Assembly: GCA_964016885.1 (NCBI GenBank)
Contig: OZ024748.1
Coordinates: 51,212,001-51,276,000 of the forward strand
Length of the DNA: 64,000 nt
Reading direction: 5' to 3'
DNA from: Eledone cirrhosa
Taxonomy: Eukaryota
The notes beneath the pieces were generated by a model. That model saw only the letters and a list, made by a program, of their open reading frames with translations. It made no database searches and was not told the DNA's origin. Position 1 is the stretch's first letter. Each line of letters starts with the position of its first letter. This document shows, piece by piece, positions 27,550-40,276 of this stretch. Position numbers and translations under genes: made by a program.

Positions 27550-27764
27550 TTAACCCTTTAGCATTTAAGCTGGCCGTATCTGGTCTAAATTTTCTCACTT
27601 CTATCTGTTCAAACCGGATGTAACCAGCCGTTTTACTGATGTTAAGGTATTGTTCTCAAAATAAATAATATCAATTTCTCATAGATTCGATATTATGTGA
27701 AGTAAAGCTTTTACCATGAATATACAATAGTATATATAGAGTAATGTAAATGATAAAGGGTTAA
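27550..27764. mobile_element. piggyBac-like MITE, second copy
   Basis: TTAA-CCCTTTAGCATTT ... AAATGATAAAGGG-TTAA. Confidence 0.8.
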
Positions 27765-28220
27765 TGCAGTTGCCTTATTATACTTGGTGAAACATACACA
27801 TATATTCTGAACTGTTATTAAAAATACACACATACACATGAAATTGTGTATTTTCGTTACACACACAGGCATAAAATAAATACTGCCCACACACACGCAC
27901 ACACTCAGGGCACTGAATGAGTCCCTACATAATTTCTCAAATTGCAAAAGAAAGCAGTCAAATCCCTCTTATCGCATGTGATCTTCTAAATGAAATAACG
28001 CATAAAAATTTCTAATGCTCGATATACAAATCATGTATAGTGGCTGGTGATAGGAAGGGCATGCAGCCATACAAGCCTACCAAAAAAATGAGTTTGGAGG
28101 ACCCTTCAGTTGTGTCAACCTCCCAATTGCACTTGACAGAGTGTAAGACCATATGTGAAATACAGACCCCACTCTCGCCTGCCTGGGAGGTCAGTAGCCC
28201 CACTTCTGTACAGTCTCATT

Positions 28221-28886
28221 CTATGTAGGTCTGTCCAAACCTTACTAACAAGGAAAGTAGACATTAAATGATGATGATGAGATGGTCATGGCTGGAACAC
28301 CTTTCACTATAGAACTTCCTCTATCGTACTGTCTATGTAGATCTGTCCAACCCTTACTAGCAAGGAAAGTAGACATTAAATGATGATGATGATATGGTCA
28401 TGGCTGGAACACCTTTCACTATAGAACTTCCTCTATCGTACTGTCTATGTAGATCTGTCCAAACCTTACTAACAAGGAAAGTAGACATTAAATGATGATG
28501 ATAAGATGGTCATGGCTGGAACACCTTTCACTATAGAACTTCCTCTATCGTACTGTCTATGTAGATCTGTCCAACCCTTACTAGCAAGGAAAGTAGACAT
28601 TAAATGATGATGATGAGATGGTCATGGCTGGAACACCTTTCACTATAGAACTTCCTCTATCGTACTGTCTATGTAGATCTGTCCAAACCTTACTAACAAG
28701 GAAAGTAGACATTAAATGATGATGATGAGATGGTCATGGCTGGAACACCTTTCACTATAGAACTTCCTCTATCGTACTGTCTATGTAGATCTGTCCAAAC
28801 CTTACTAACAAGGAAAGTAGACATTAAATGATGATGATGAGATGGTCATGGCTGGAACACCTTTCACTATAGAACTTCCTCTATCA
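28221..28886 (+). repeat. 112-bp minisatellite, about 6 copies, each containing an RTE-type tail
   Basis: Units start at 28221, 28333, 28445, 28557, 28669 and 28781; each has GTCCAAMCCTTACTARCAAGGAAAGTAGACATTAAATGATGATGAT. Confidence 0.93.
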
Positions 28887-29405
28887 CTACATACACACAG
28901 GCAAGAACAACTCTCTGGAATTATAAAAATGAAATACCATCAGGGGTTTTTTTCCTCACAGTTCGACTGTCTTCATACTTCTGAATGTAAAATACGTGTC
29001 AGGTCTGAATGTCAAACTACTTCTAAAATATTAATCCCTTAATGCAACCTAAAAATATTTATAGCAAAAACCCCAGAAAACTATGATTGCCATATCTTAC
29101 GTGGAGGAGACACTCTAATGTAGAAACATCTTTGGGTGATTTTAACCAATTGTTAACAGAATGTACACATTCACACGTACACACATACACACACTCACAT
29201 GTACACACACACACACATTCACATATAGACACACATTCACTTGTACACACACATAAATACATATTCACATACTTGCATATATACACACAAACACACACAT
29301 GTACATATTCACATGTACACATACACTAGTACATACTCACACACGCACGCACACATGTGCAAACTCACATGTACACACACACAAACACATATACACACTC
29401 ACTTG

Positions 29406-29437
<32 letters not shown>

Positions 29438-29700
29438 TGTGCACATTTACTTTTACACATTCTCTTGTACACACATTCACATACACACACATGTACATGT
29501 ACACACATCCTACACATAGCTTATGTTAGCAAGAATTACAAAGTGTTATGAACAACTGAATTATTCAATATATGCCATCAGATTATGATGTCTATGGAGA
29601 TATTTAGATCTTCTGGCTTTATTTTAGTTATTTCTTTCTTCAAAACTATATTGGTGTTCATTCTTTGACCATCATCTGATTTCATATAATACACATCTTG

Positions 29701-29732
<32 letters not shown>

Positions 29733-29793
29733 CATCTACAAACATGCACATATACTGTATATGTGCTTATGAGTATATATATATGTATGTATG

Positions 29794-29825
<32 letters not shown>

Positions 29826-29875
29826 CACACCCCCACAAACATGCACATATATATGTGCTTGTGTATATATCTATC

Positions 29876-29929
<54 letters not shown>

Positions 29930-29998
29930 TATGTGCGTGTGTATGTATGTATATATATACATGAATATGTGTGTGTATGTGTACATATATATATATAT

Positions 29999-30029
<31 letters not shown>

Positions 30030-30060
30030 CACACACACATACATATATATGTATGTGTGT

Positions 30061-30103
<43 letters not shown>

Positions 30104-31176
30104 TATATATATATGCATTTTTTCCAGTAGTATTTTAGGGTTTTCTATGCAAGCATTCAATGTGTATTGTACCAAAACCAATGAGATGATGTCAGATGTA
30201 TCAAAACTATTTCTTCTTGTTTCATTCACATTCATATGGTCAACATTTCCCAGAACGACAGGTAGAAAACTCAAGCCAGCCTCCCTCCCTCTCTCTCACT
30301 CCCTGTATAAAAGCTAATTGTGGCATATTCCACGATAAGATAATCAACCTTAGGGGACCTATGTCATGTATAAATATTTAATATAATAAAACGCCTGCTA
30401 TGTAGCCATTGATTATGTGTAGACCTATGACACAAAGGACAATAATGTTAAAGTAACAAAGGGAGATCATTCTTTCAAGTAAGAATATTTATTTCTTTAA
30501 GAAAACAAATAATACAATACTCCAGATAAAAAGATTATATAAATGCTTTTATTCAATCTTTTCTACATAACCTGCAAATCTTCTATCATTCACTGAGAAA
30601 CAGTCAAAACCCCATAGGTGAATGAGGGAAATGTCCAAATTTTATATCTGAAAAGAAATCTAGATATTTCTTTGAAAGATAATGTAAAGGATTCCAAAGA
30701 AACTTCACTTGAAATGGCTAACATTTTTGATGACAAAACTGTATTAGTATATAGCATCATCATCATATTTACGTCTGTTTTTCTACATATATATGTGTGT
30801 GTTTGTGTGTGTGTGCACATACACTAATGTATGTATATATATATATATATAAATATACATAGTCATGCAGGTCGTTTTTGAAAGACACACATATGTATAT
30901 ATGTACATTCATGTACATATATAAAAAAAATCTTACACACACACACACATATATGTGTGTACTTGTATGTGTGTATGTAAGTATGGACATGTACTGAATA
31001 TATATGATGATCTGATCATTGGGTAACGAAGCACCAAGATATCCAATTGGAAGACTTGTGCTGTTGCTTTGTGTATTCTGTACCATTGTGACAATCTGCA
31101 ATTCCTACAAAGCAGTGTCCTCAAATCTAACGTACCACAATTCATATTAGGGGTATCAAGCATGATAATAAGTAGA

Positions 31177-31208
<32 letters not shown>

Positions 31209-31250
31209 TATATATATATATAAAAAAAAAATATATATATATATATATAT

Positions 31251-31307
<57 letters not shown>

Positions 31308-31522
31308 TATATATATATATATAAAATATATATATATATATATATAAAAAAAAAATATATATATATATATAGTCGCATATATGTTATAGAATACTATTAG
31401 CTTCTCGCTAAAACAATCTCTATACCTCTCATTTATATATATATATATATACATGCATATATATATAATCATATTAGTTTTGCGAGGTTTTTTATATGAA
31501 ATCGTGTGTCAAAACAGATATT

Positions 31523-32153
31523 GTTATATTTGGGGAGGGTCATATTTGCGTAATATTGCCAGAATTAATAACAGAACACACTCACTGTTTGGTTGGTTTT
31601 CGCTTCTCGCTGTCTTTTATATATATATATCTGCGATCTAACTTACTCGGTCCTCAATGTTGCCATTGACTGACCGGCGGTCAAAAATAATACAGATACA
31701 ATATAGACAAACACATATATATATAGTTTACATAATTTACATAAATCTTTCGTTGCACATCTGCAACATCGTCAGTGGTGTTATATTCATTGTTCCTCCT
31801 GTTGTGTTGTATGTCTACGCCATTTTTTTTTGTTCAGTCTGAACAAAAAAAAATGGCGTAGACATACAACACAACAGGAGGAACAATGAATATAACACCA
31901 CTAACGATGTTGCAGATGTGCAACGAAAGATTTATGTAAATTATGTAAACTATATATATATGTGTTTGTCTATATTGTATCTGTATTATTTTTGACCGCC
32001 GGTCAGTCAATGGCAACATTGAGGACCGAGTAAGTTAGATCGCAGATATATATATATAAAAGACAGCGAGAAGCGAAAACCAACCAAACAGTGAGTGTGT
32101 TCTGTTATTAATTCTGGCAATATTACGCAAATATGACCCTCCCCAAATATAAC
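31523..32153. repeat. Near-perfect palindrome, about 315-bp arms, 1-nt centre at 31838 (TTCAG-T-CTGAA)
   Basis: Mirrored ORFs 31657+ and 31834-; outer ends GTTATATTTGGGGAGGGTC / GACCCTCCCCAAATATAAC. Confidence 0.96.
31710..31782 (-). ncRNA. Degenerate hammerhead motif (family H4/F)
   Basis: Minus: AACACCA-CTGACGA-T-GTTGCA-GATG-TGCAAC-GAAA-GATTTATGTAAATTATGTAAAC-TA-(TA)n-TGTGTT; the mirror copy has CTAACGA at 31901. Confidence 0.5.
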
Positions 32154-32164
32154 TATATAATCAT

Positions 32165-32198
<34 letters not shown>

Positions 32199-32226
32199 AA
32201 TCATACATATACATATATATACACAT

Positions 32227-32577
32227 GGAGGCACATGGCTTAGTGGTTAGAGCATTGGCCTTGCAATCGAAAGGTTGTGAGTTCAATTCTCAGACCGGGT
32301 GATGTGTTGTTTCCTTGAGCAAGACACTTTATTTCACATTGTTCCAGTTTCCTCAGCTGTAGAAATGAGATGATAGGGACTGGGGTCCATATCATTCCAT
32401 TGTAGATTGGTCGTGGAGGTGCCACGGCAAAAAAGCACCCAGCAATCACTGTAAATGAGGTTGGTGTTAGGAAGGGCATCCAGCTGTAGAAATCAAGCCA
32501 GAATCAGTTCCCGTCCCACCCTTGCAAGCAGGGAAAAGCGGACGTAAAATGAAATGATGATGATGAATGATGATGAT
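32227..32577 (+). mobile_element. SINE-B, full length
   Basis: GGAGGCACATGGCTTAGTGGTTAGAGC ... GCGGACGTAAAATGAAATGATGATG. Confidence 0.92.
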
Positions 32578-32714
32578 ATATATATATCTCTATATATATA
32601 TAGATATATATATATAATCATCATATTACGTCCGCTTTTCCTTGCTTGCAAGGGCGGGACCAATATATATATAAATATATATACACACACACACATTATA
32701 TATATATATATAAA

Positions 32715-32862
32715 ACGAAGGAAGTGTAGTAAGGAACCAGATGGACCATAACGCACCAGAGTACTCAATACTTAGTGTAGTAGAGTGGGTAATAGGAAAA
32801 TGTTCAAGACCCCGACGGCATAGCTCAAGCCGTTTCGACAGCTAATTCTGACATTTTCCTAT
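32715..32862 (-). mobile_element. Family E short element (3' half of an HHR, fold-back 5' end)
   Basis: Homologous to 42255-42388; minus GAATTAGCTGTC-GAAA-CGGCTTGAGCTATGCCG-TC-GGGG. Confidence 0.7.
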
Positions 32863-32863
32863 A

Positions 32864-33244
32864 TCATCATCATCATCAAGGTTTAGCGTCCGTGTTCCAC
32901 GCTTGCATGGGTTTGGACGGGGGTTTTCCCACTTGAGGCAAGAGTGGTTGTCTTGCTCGCATAGGACTGTCTGGCGGGTTTTCTACAGCTGGATGCCCTT
33001 CCTAACACCAACCACATTTACAGTGTGGGGCTGGGAGGTTTTTACCGTGTTGCCTACACGGCCACATTTACAGCGTGGACTGTGTGTTTTTTTGTTGTGA
33101 CACCTACACGATCTCATTTGTTTCGGCCTGGATGTTGTGGCACCAACATAACTTTACATTGAAAGGGGCGGTGTGGATGAGGTAGGGTGGTGGGACCGGG
33201 GGGGGGGGGGGGGGGGGGGGTGTTTTGATAGAGATGCCTACTGA
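32864..33244 (-). mobile_element. Composite RTE 3' region (Ceph-like domain plus tail), truncated a few codons upstream of the ORF stop
   Basis: Closely similar to 34197-34570, including the TAGAGATGCCTACTG junction. Confidence 0.82.
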
Positions 33245-33659
33245 CTGTAGTAGGTTTTTACTATATATATATATAAATATATATTCATTGTTTAATGTAT
33301 GCTTTCCTTGCTACCAATGTTTGGATATGAAGATCACCAAAACTAGGGAGGTTGTCATTAGGGTGCTGTTGAAGAATCTTCCTGACCATTTGTTTGGTAT
33401 TATCCAAAATAACTAACTAAACACATACCAGCTTTTCTCTGGTAAATATATTTACCAAGTCTTCATTTCTTTACTCTTGAATTTTTCTACTTCTTCTTCT
33501 TCTATCTTTCACTAAAACATTAAGACCCTATTCCTACTATATCAAGCATTAAGCTATTATATATTACCATTGTACCGTGATGTTTTTCCTCATTTACACA
33601 CACACACACACACACATATGTATATATATATATATACACACATATATATTAGAGAGGGT

Positions 33660-33907
33660 GTGGTAAGATACCAGGTGGACGATAACCCACCAGAGTACTT
33701 GATACTTGGGATAGTAGAGTGGGTAATATAAAAAAATTCAGGACCCCAACAGCTGAACTCCAGCTCTTTTGACAGCTAGATCCGTTCAGATCTAGCTGTT
33801 GAATGAAACAGTTCTAGTCCTGTACAATACATTTCTATATTAAATATTTATACTCTGCTATGTATTGAGTACTTTACTTACTGTGGTTACCCTTGATTGA
33901 ACCCTGG

Positions 33908-33912
<5 letters not shown>
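33660..33912. mobile_element. Chimera of family E (minus) and family D (plus) joined at a hairpin
   Basis: E arm to ACAGCTAGATC-CGTTCA-GATCTAGCTGT, then GAATGAAACAGTTCTAGTCCTGTA... homologous to 39636-39742. Confidence 0.7.
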
Positions 33913-33940
<28 letters not shown>

Positions 33941-34196
33941 GAGAGATATAAAGCACTCTGTAAACACTGTAATTTGGTTGGTGTTAGGTGGGGTATCTAG
34001 CTGTAGAAACGAAGCCAGTATACAGACCTGTATGAACAAGATGTGGTCTTCGGACCTGACTTGTCTCATAACGTGACAACATGGCTAAACCATGCAAACG
34101 TGGAAATATATATTAATCCAAACCTTGCTAGGCTAGCAGGGAAAGCAGACATTAAAATGACAATGATGATAATGATAACACACACAGATGTATATA

Positions 34197-34831
34197 TCAT
34201 CATCATCATCATCACCAACGTTTAACGTCCGTGTTCCACGCTTGCATGGGTTTGGACGGGGGTAGTCCCACTTGAGGCAAGAGTGATTGTCTTGCTCGCA
34301 TAGGACTGTCTGGCAGGTTTTCTACAGTTGGATGCCCTTCCTAACACCAACCACATTTAGAGTGTGGGTCTGGGAGGTTTTTACCGTGTTGCCTACACGG
34401 CCACATTACAGCGTGGACTGTGTGTTTTTTTGTCGTGACACCTACACGATCTCATTTGTTTCGGCCTGGATGGCGCGGCACCAACATAACTTTACATAGA
34501 ACGGGGTGGTATGGATGGGGTGGGGGTGGGGGTGGTGGGACGGGGTGTATTTTGTTAGAGATGCCTACTGGCAAGGCGGGTCTTCTCTGTTACTGAGTAC
34601 CGCCAGAGGTATCGGTCCAGTGACATTGTCTTGGAGAGGTGTAAGTGTGTGAGGTCGGAGTTTATCAGCTCGTCCCAGGTTTTTCTAGGTCTGCCTATTC
34701 CGTGGCTACCGTCTATCTTTATTGCCCTGCACTTTGTTATACAGCTATCGACTTTCATGCGCATCATGTGTCCATACCAACGTAGCCTTCTCTCGAGTAA
34801 ACAACATCTGATCCCTCTTATTTCTAATTTC

Positions 34832-34832
<1 letters not shown>
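34197..34832 (-). mobile_element. RTE-clade LINE 3' end with composite 3' UTR
   Basis: RLRWYGHMMRMKVDSCITKCRAIKIDGSHGIGRPRKTWDELINSDL...DRYLWR* followed by the Ceph-like domain and a (GAT)n tail. Confidence 0.88.
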
Positions 34833-34892
<60 letters not shown>

Positions 34893-35131
34893 AAAAGTTC
34901 TATTTAAATTGTTGGGATACAGCAAGCAAATATTTTTATAACTGATATAAAGCACTCAACAAATATTTGGAGTAAAAATACGATATTGGTCTTCCTTTTT
35001 AAAAATAAAAATATCCAATACTAATAATAACATAATTAAAGCTACAACTCCACTATCCGGGAGCTTCCAACAGTAATGGTTGCATTTTTTAAGGCTATGT
35101 CAATATTTATTTATAAAACTGATCTATATTA

Positions 35132-35196
35132 TATTTTATCTGATGAAAGCACACCATAATTTAACTTGGTGTCCTTGAAATATGTATAATGAAATA
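35132..35196 (+). ncRNA. Minimal type I hammerhead motif (family H2)
   Basis: TATTTTAT-CTGATGA-AAGCACACCA-TAATTTAACT-TGGTGTCCTT-GAAA-TATGTA-TA-ATGAAATA. Confidence 0.75.
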
Positions 35197-35236
35197 AATA
35201 TGGTTTTATAAATATAGTTTCCATTTGTTAATATCG

Positions 35237-35275
<39 letters not shown>

Positions 35276-35951
35276 ATTTCTGTGTGCATGTGTGTGTGTA
35301 TGCATACTTGTGTATGTATATAAAATAAATGAACACAAATGTCATAATAGTTATTTTTCTTCTTCATTGAAATTACAAAAAAATACTGGCAAAAATCTAT
35401 TGAAAATAATTACAGTAATGCTTGCATACACCTACAATAGCAAATGTTGCTCCTCCACTACTACTGCTACTACTACTACCACCACTACTACTACTTCTAC
35501 TACTACCACTACTACCTCTACCACTACTACAACTACCACTACTACCACTACCGCCACTGCCACTACTACTGATTTCTTTTATTGACCACAATAGATATTA
35601 TATTTACTATTTTTTTCTATTAATATTATTGTTGTTTTTATTGTTATTATTACTAGCAACAATAGTAATGATGATGATGATGATGAAGTTGCCACAACAA
35701 TACTGACTGAAAAGCAAAATTAATGAAACAGGAAAGAAGGAGGAGAACTGACAGAGACAAATGAAACCAAATGAAATTCAGAAATAAATAAAGACAAGCT
35801 ACAAGTATATATTAATTCTTTTACCTAACTTGGCTAATTCCTCTCAGATATACTGGATATCATAGACTTCCTTCTATACATTCATTCCGAAAATTCCATA
35901 GAAACAGACAATGAGACATATAACATACACACTTTTGTGTGCGTATGTATG

Positions 35952-35987
<36 letters not shown>

Positions 35988-36371
35988 AAGGTAAAGACAT
36001 TTATATATAAACACATATATATGTGTGGTTGTGTATTTGGCTGCATTCATATTTGAGGGTAGATATTTATATACACACACACTCACGTATGTGTGTGTGT
36101 GTGTGTGTAAATTCACAAAAAGAAAATACACACCAATAAGATCAACATACAACTGCATCCATAGCTCATCAACCATATGCTGGCATGCAATTTTGTATTG
36201 TATATATATATATATAAATTTTGAGTATATGTTGGTTGTTTACCGACACCTCAGTATGCAGATTGGAGCACTCGACAAAGTATGCAGGTTGGTTTGTTTA
36301 CTCCGGAGTAATGTAAAATAATTAAGTCAAATATGTAAAATTTGGCTTCGTTTGTTATAAATTATAGATAT

Positions 36372-36426
36372 ACTGCTATATATATTTCGGTGACAGCCAT
36401 CTTTGGCTGTGACCTCTTCAGGCAGT
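36372..36426 (-). ncRNA. Minimal type I hammerhead motif (family H5), left arm
   Basis: Minus: ACTGC-CTGAAGA-GGTCACAGCC-AAAGAT-GGCTGTCACC-GAAA-TATATA-TA-GCAGT. Confidence 0.82.
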
Positions 36427-36642
36427 CCGAATTGGTGTGGGGAAGACATGTACACATGTTGTTGAAGTGTGTTTTACTCCGTCAATATATCGATATGTCC
36501 AGCTCCTGGTTGTGTTGTTATTTCTCTGAGGAACTGGAATCAGAGAAATAACAACACAATCAGGAGCTGGACATATCGATGTATTGACGGAGTAAAACAC
36601 ACTTCAACAGCATGTGTACATGTCTTCCCCACACCAATTCGG

Positions 36643-36697
36643 ACTGCCTGAAGAGGTCACAGCCAATGATGGCTGTCACCGAAATATATATAGCAGT
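36643..36697 (+). ncRNA. Minimal type I hammerhead motif (family H5), right arm
   Basis: ACTGC-CTGAAGA-GGTCACAGCC-AATGAT-GGCTGTCACC-GAAA-TATATA-TA-GCAGT; palindromic hexamer as stem III. Confidence 0.82.
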
Positions 36698-37469
36698 ATA
36701 TCTATAATTTATAATAAACGAAGCCAAATTTTACATATTTGACTTAATTATTTTATATATATATATATATATATACAATATATATATATATATAATATAT
36801 ATATATATATTATATATATATATAAATATATATATATATAATGATGACACCATATATATAGAATGATAACCTTATAAATGTAGTCAGTAGCTCAGTGTAA
36901 AGAGGAAATCAACTAATTTCATCATTCTTACAATTCATCAAGAGTCACTTATCTTTGTCCTTCTCATGATGTCAAACGTAAGTAGTATAATCCTACTTAT
37001 TACAATGTAAGCAAGATTGTAAATACACAATTCATTAATGTAGAGTACATGCTTGATCAAATGACATTAACTAATATCTTCCTGTACAACATGAAACAGC
37101 ATTTGCAAGACATTCTGGAAAATTATGACCTGCATTCTGATTATAACTCATTAACATTGAAGTCTTTACTCTTATACTGCAAATTCTGACAACAATCTGT
37201 AAATGGTCTATAAACATTTGAATTGTCAAACTCGTTTATATATATTTTCTGCTAAACCATTTGAGGATTTAAAAACAGTGTAAAGTCATGATTATTTAGT
37301 ATAATTTATTTTGAATAACTGTGAGACTTACAAGAACATAAAGTTATTCATGAATATGGAACAGCATAATTTACTATAGAAAACCAAGGAAGAATCTAGG
37401 AAGCCTAACTACACTTGTAGACAACAATATTATTGGTAACTGGAAACAGTTTAAATTTGAAACATTTGA

Positions 37470-37700
37470 CCATTATCATTATCATCATCATACATCCATT
37501 ATTCCATGTTGGAGGGATCCTTCTCAGTTCAGCATTTCTCTACTTGTCTTGTTCCTTTTTTTTTAATCTCCTCCATGAGTTTTAACAATCTCACTACTTC
37601 CATACAGGTCTTCCTTTGTCTTCCTCTATTGCAGCTACCTTCCACTAGGATTATTTGGCATTTTATGACCTAGTGATAATCATCCATGTGTATCACATGT
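37470..37700 (-). mobile_element. Old RTE 3' fragment
   Basis: Minus GTGGAAGGTAGCTGCAATAGAGGAAGACAAAGGAAGACCTG (VEGSCNRGRQRKT) plus a (GAT)n tail. Confidence 0.7.
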
Positions 37701-38301
37701 TGAGAATTTAAGTTTATATCTCAGTATGTTTCATTAGAGGCAATGAATTGCCAGAGCCATTAAGAATGCCAGGTAGAATGATTTGTAATATTTTTTCTGG
37801 CTCTCTACACTCTGAGATCAAATTCTGTTGAGAGCAACTTTGCCTATCAAACTTTCAATATTGATAAAAAAAAGTATCAAGTATTGCGGTCGTATTTTTC
37901 TCTATATCACTTTCTCACTTCCTGTCTAACATTTTTTCATTATTTCTTAAAGAAATCAGCTATTTTCAGGCCTGGAAAAGGAATGGACTCACCCAGGTTT
38001 AAAAAGACATTCCATATATCACTATGATGCCCCTAAGACTCCAGCAAGAGTGATGTATTCACACATACATACATTTTGTCTAGGTGATTTCTATGTTTTA
38101 ATTTTAGTTTCTTACGTAACCCTTTTTCCTCATTCTCTTTCCCTCAGATGCCCCAAACCTTCAGCTTATTATTTATCTTACATGTCACAATGCCCAGCCC
38201 ACTTTTATCATTTGCTTTATAATAGCATATTAATAATATTCTGCTCAGTATCTTACTCCCTATATCATCTCACTTTTTCCAGCATTAGATGTTAACTTCT
38301 T

Positions 38302-38352
<51 letters not shown>

Positions 38353-38640
38353 TGTATGTGTGTATATATATATGTATATATATACATATTCATACATGCA
38401 TATACACACATATATGTATGTATGCATATAACAATTTGTAATATCTTCAACAATATTTCGAAGATTGTTCAGTAAGTGTGAAACAGTAATAAGTGGAGAA
38501 TGATTTAGCTCGCTGAGTGGAAATATTTTTATGTGGCAATATGCACCCTGTCAACACCGACAGTAAACTGACACATATACCCACACAAGCAGAATTATCT
38601 ACAGATATATGTTTACACACATAAATTTTATGTATGTTTG

Positions 38641-38675
38641 TATGTGTGTATGCAAAATCATATACGCAAAAATAT

Positions 38676-38726
<51 letters not shown>

Positions 38727-39040
38727 CACATAAATATATCTAATACATATATATATATAACATAAATATATATAATACATATATATAATACACATATATA
38801 TAGATAATACATATATATATAATACATATATATATATAACACAAATATATCTAATACATATATATATATATATATAACATAAATATATATAATACATATA
38901 TATAATACACATATATATTGATAATACATATATATATATATAATACATATATATATATAATACATATATAAATATAACACATATATATATATATATACAT
39001 AAAATACATATATATATATATAATACACACATATATATAA

Positions 39041-39101
<61 letters not shown>

Positions 39102-39304
39102 ATGTATTATATATGTGTATTATATATATATGTATTATTTATATATATATATATGTATTATAGATGTGTATTATATATATATGTATTATATATATTTATG
39201 TGTTATATATATATATACTTGTATTATATATATTTATGTGTTATATATATATATATATATATATACATAATATTTTTGCGTATATGATTTTGCATACACA
39301 CATA
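38641..39304. repeat. Imperfect palindrome built largely of TA-rich repeats
   Basis: GTGTATGCAAAATCATATACGCAAAAATATTATGTA mirrored by TACATAATATTTTTGCGTATATGATTTTGCATACAC. Confidence 0.85.
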
Positions 39305-39546
39305 TATATATAATATACACACATGTATATATAATACACACACACATATATATAATATATATATATATATATAAGGATAGTATTATTCTGAAGAAGATTG
39401 GGAGAAATAACACATTAAATTAGGTACTCAATACGTTAGTAGAGAATAAGCAAATATATTTTATACAGAAATGACATCTAGAGGAGTAAAACTATTTCAT
39501 TCATATGAAATCATTTATCTTCATCTCTCTTTTCCTATATATAATA

Positions 39547-39742
39547 TAGAAAGCCTTCTATAGGACTAGAACTGTTTCATCCGGGTGAAATCATCAGGAA
39601 AGATACGTTATGGTGGTTTCCTGATGATTTCTCCCGAATGAAACAGTTCTAGTCCTGTAGAAGTCTTCCTAAATTAAATATTTATACTCTGCTTTGTATT
39701 GAGTACCTTACTTACTGTTGTTACCCCGATGAACCCAGGATA
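39547..39742 (+). mobile_element. Family D short element with an inverted 5' arm and an HHR-like core
   Basis: Arms 39547-39601 / 39617-39671; CTGATGA (39621) ... GAAAC-AGTTCTA-GTC (39640-39654); stem I is not evident. Confidence 0.6.
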
Positions 39743-39748
39743 AATTCA

Positions 39749-39807
<59 letters not shown>

Positions 39808-39918
39808 TTCAGATCTATCTCTCGGAATGGCCAGGGCTTAGCCATCAAGGTCCTGAATCTTTTCATATAGATACATATATATATATAAATATATATATAT
39901 ATAAATATATATATAAAT

Positions 39919-40013
<95 letters not shown>

Positions 40014-40029
40014 TGTGTATCTAGCTATA

Positions 40030-40085
<56 letters not shown>

Positions 40086-40217
40086 CATATATATCCATTT
40101 GTCTCTGAAGACAAACTTTGAGTTTATTCTGAGTACTCACAGGATCATCAGAGAATCCTTGCTAGAAAGTTTAATATTCATTTGATGTTGATTATCTATA
40201 TATCTGTATGTATATGG

Positions 40218-40276
<59 letters not shown>

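Larger units (their letters stand above)
36314..36755. repeat. Palindrome, 216-bp arms, 10-nt loop, about 5 mismatches
   Basis: Centre TTTCTCTGA-GGAACTGGAA-TCAGAGAAA; mirrored ORFs 36418- and 36469+. Confidence 0.96.

Noticed and set aside
30120-30760. Possible LINE protein remnants (QEEIVLIHL..., ANIFDDKTVL)
   Set aside because: Similarity too weak to call by eye.
32227-32300. tRNA gene
   Set aside because: A/B boxes are present but run directly into the SINE body in multiple copies, with no complete cloverleaf.
32240-32479. Recurrent 79-aa ORF MPFLTPTSFTV... (also 47594, 56338)
   Set aside because: It is the antisense reading of SINE-B; recurrence reflects repeat copies, not a gene family.
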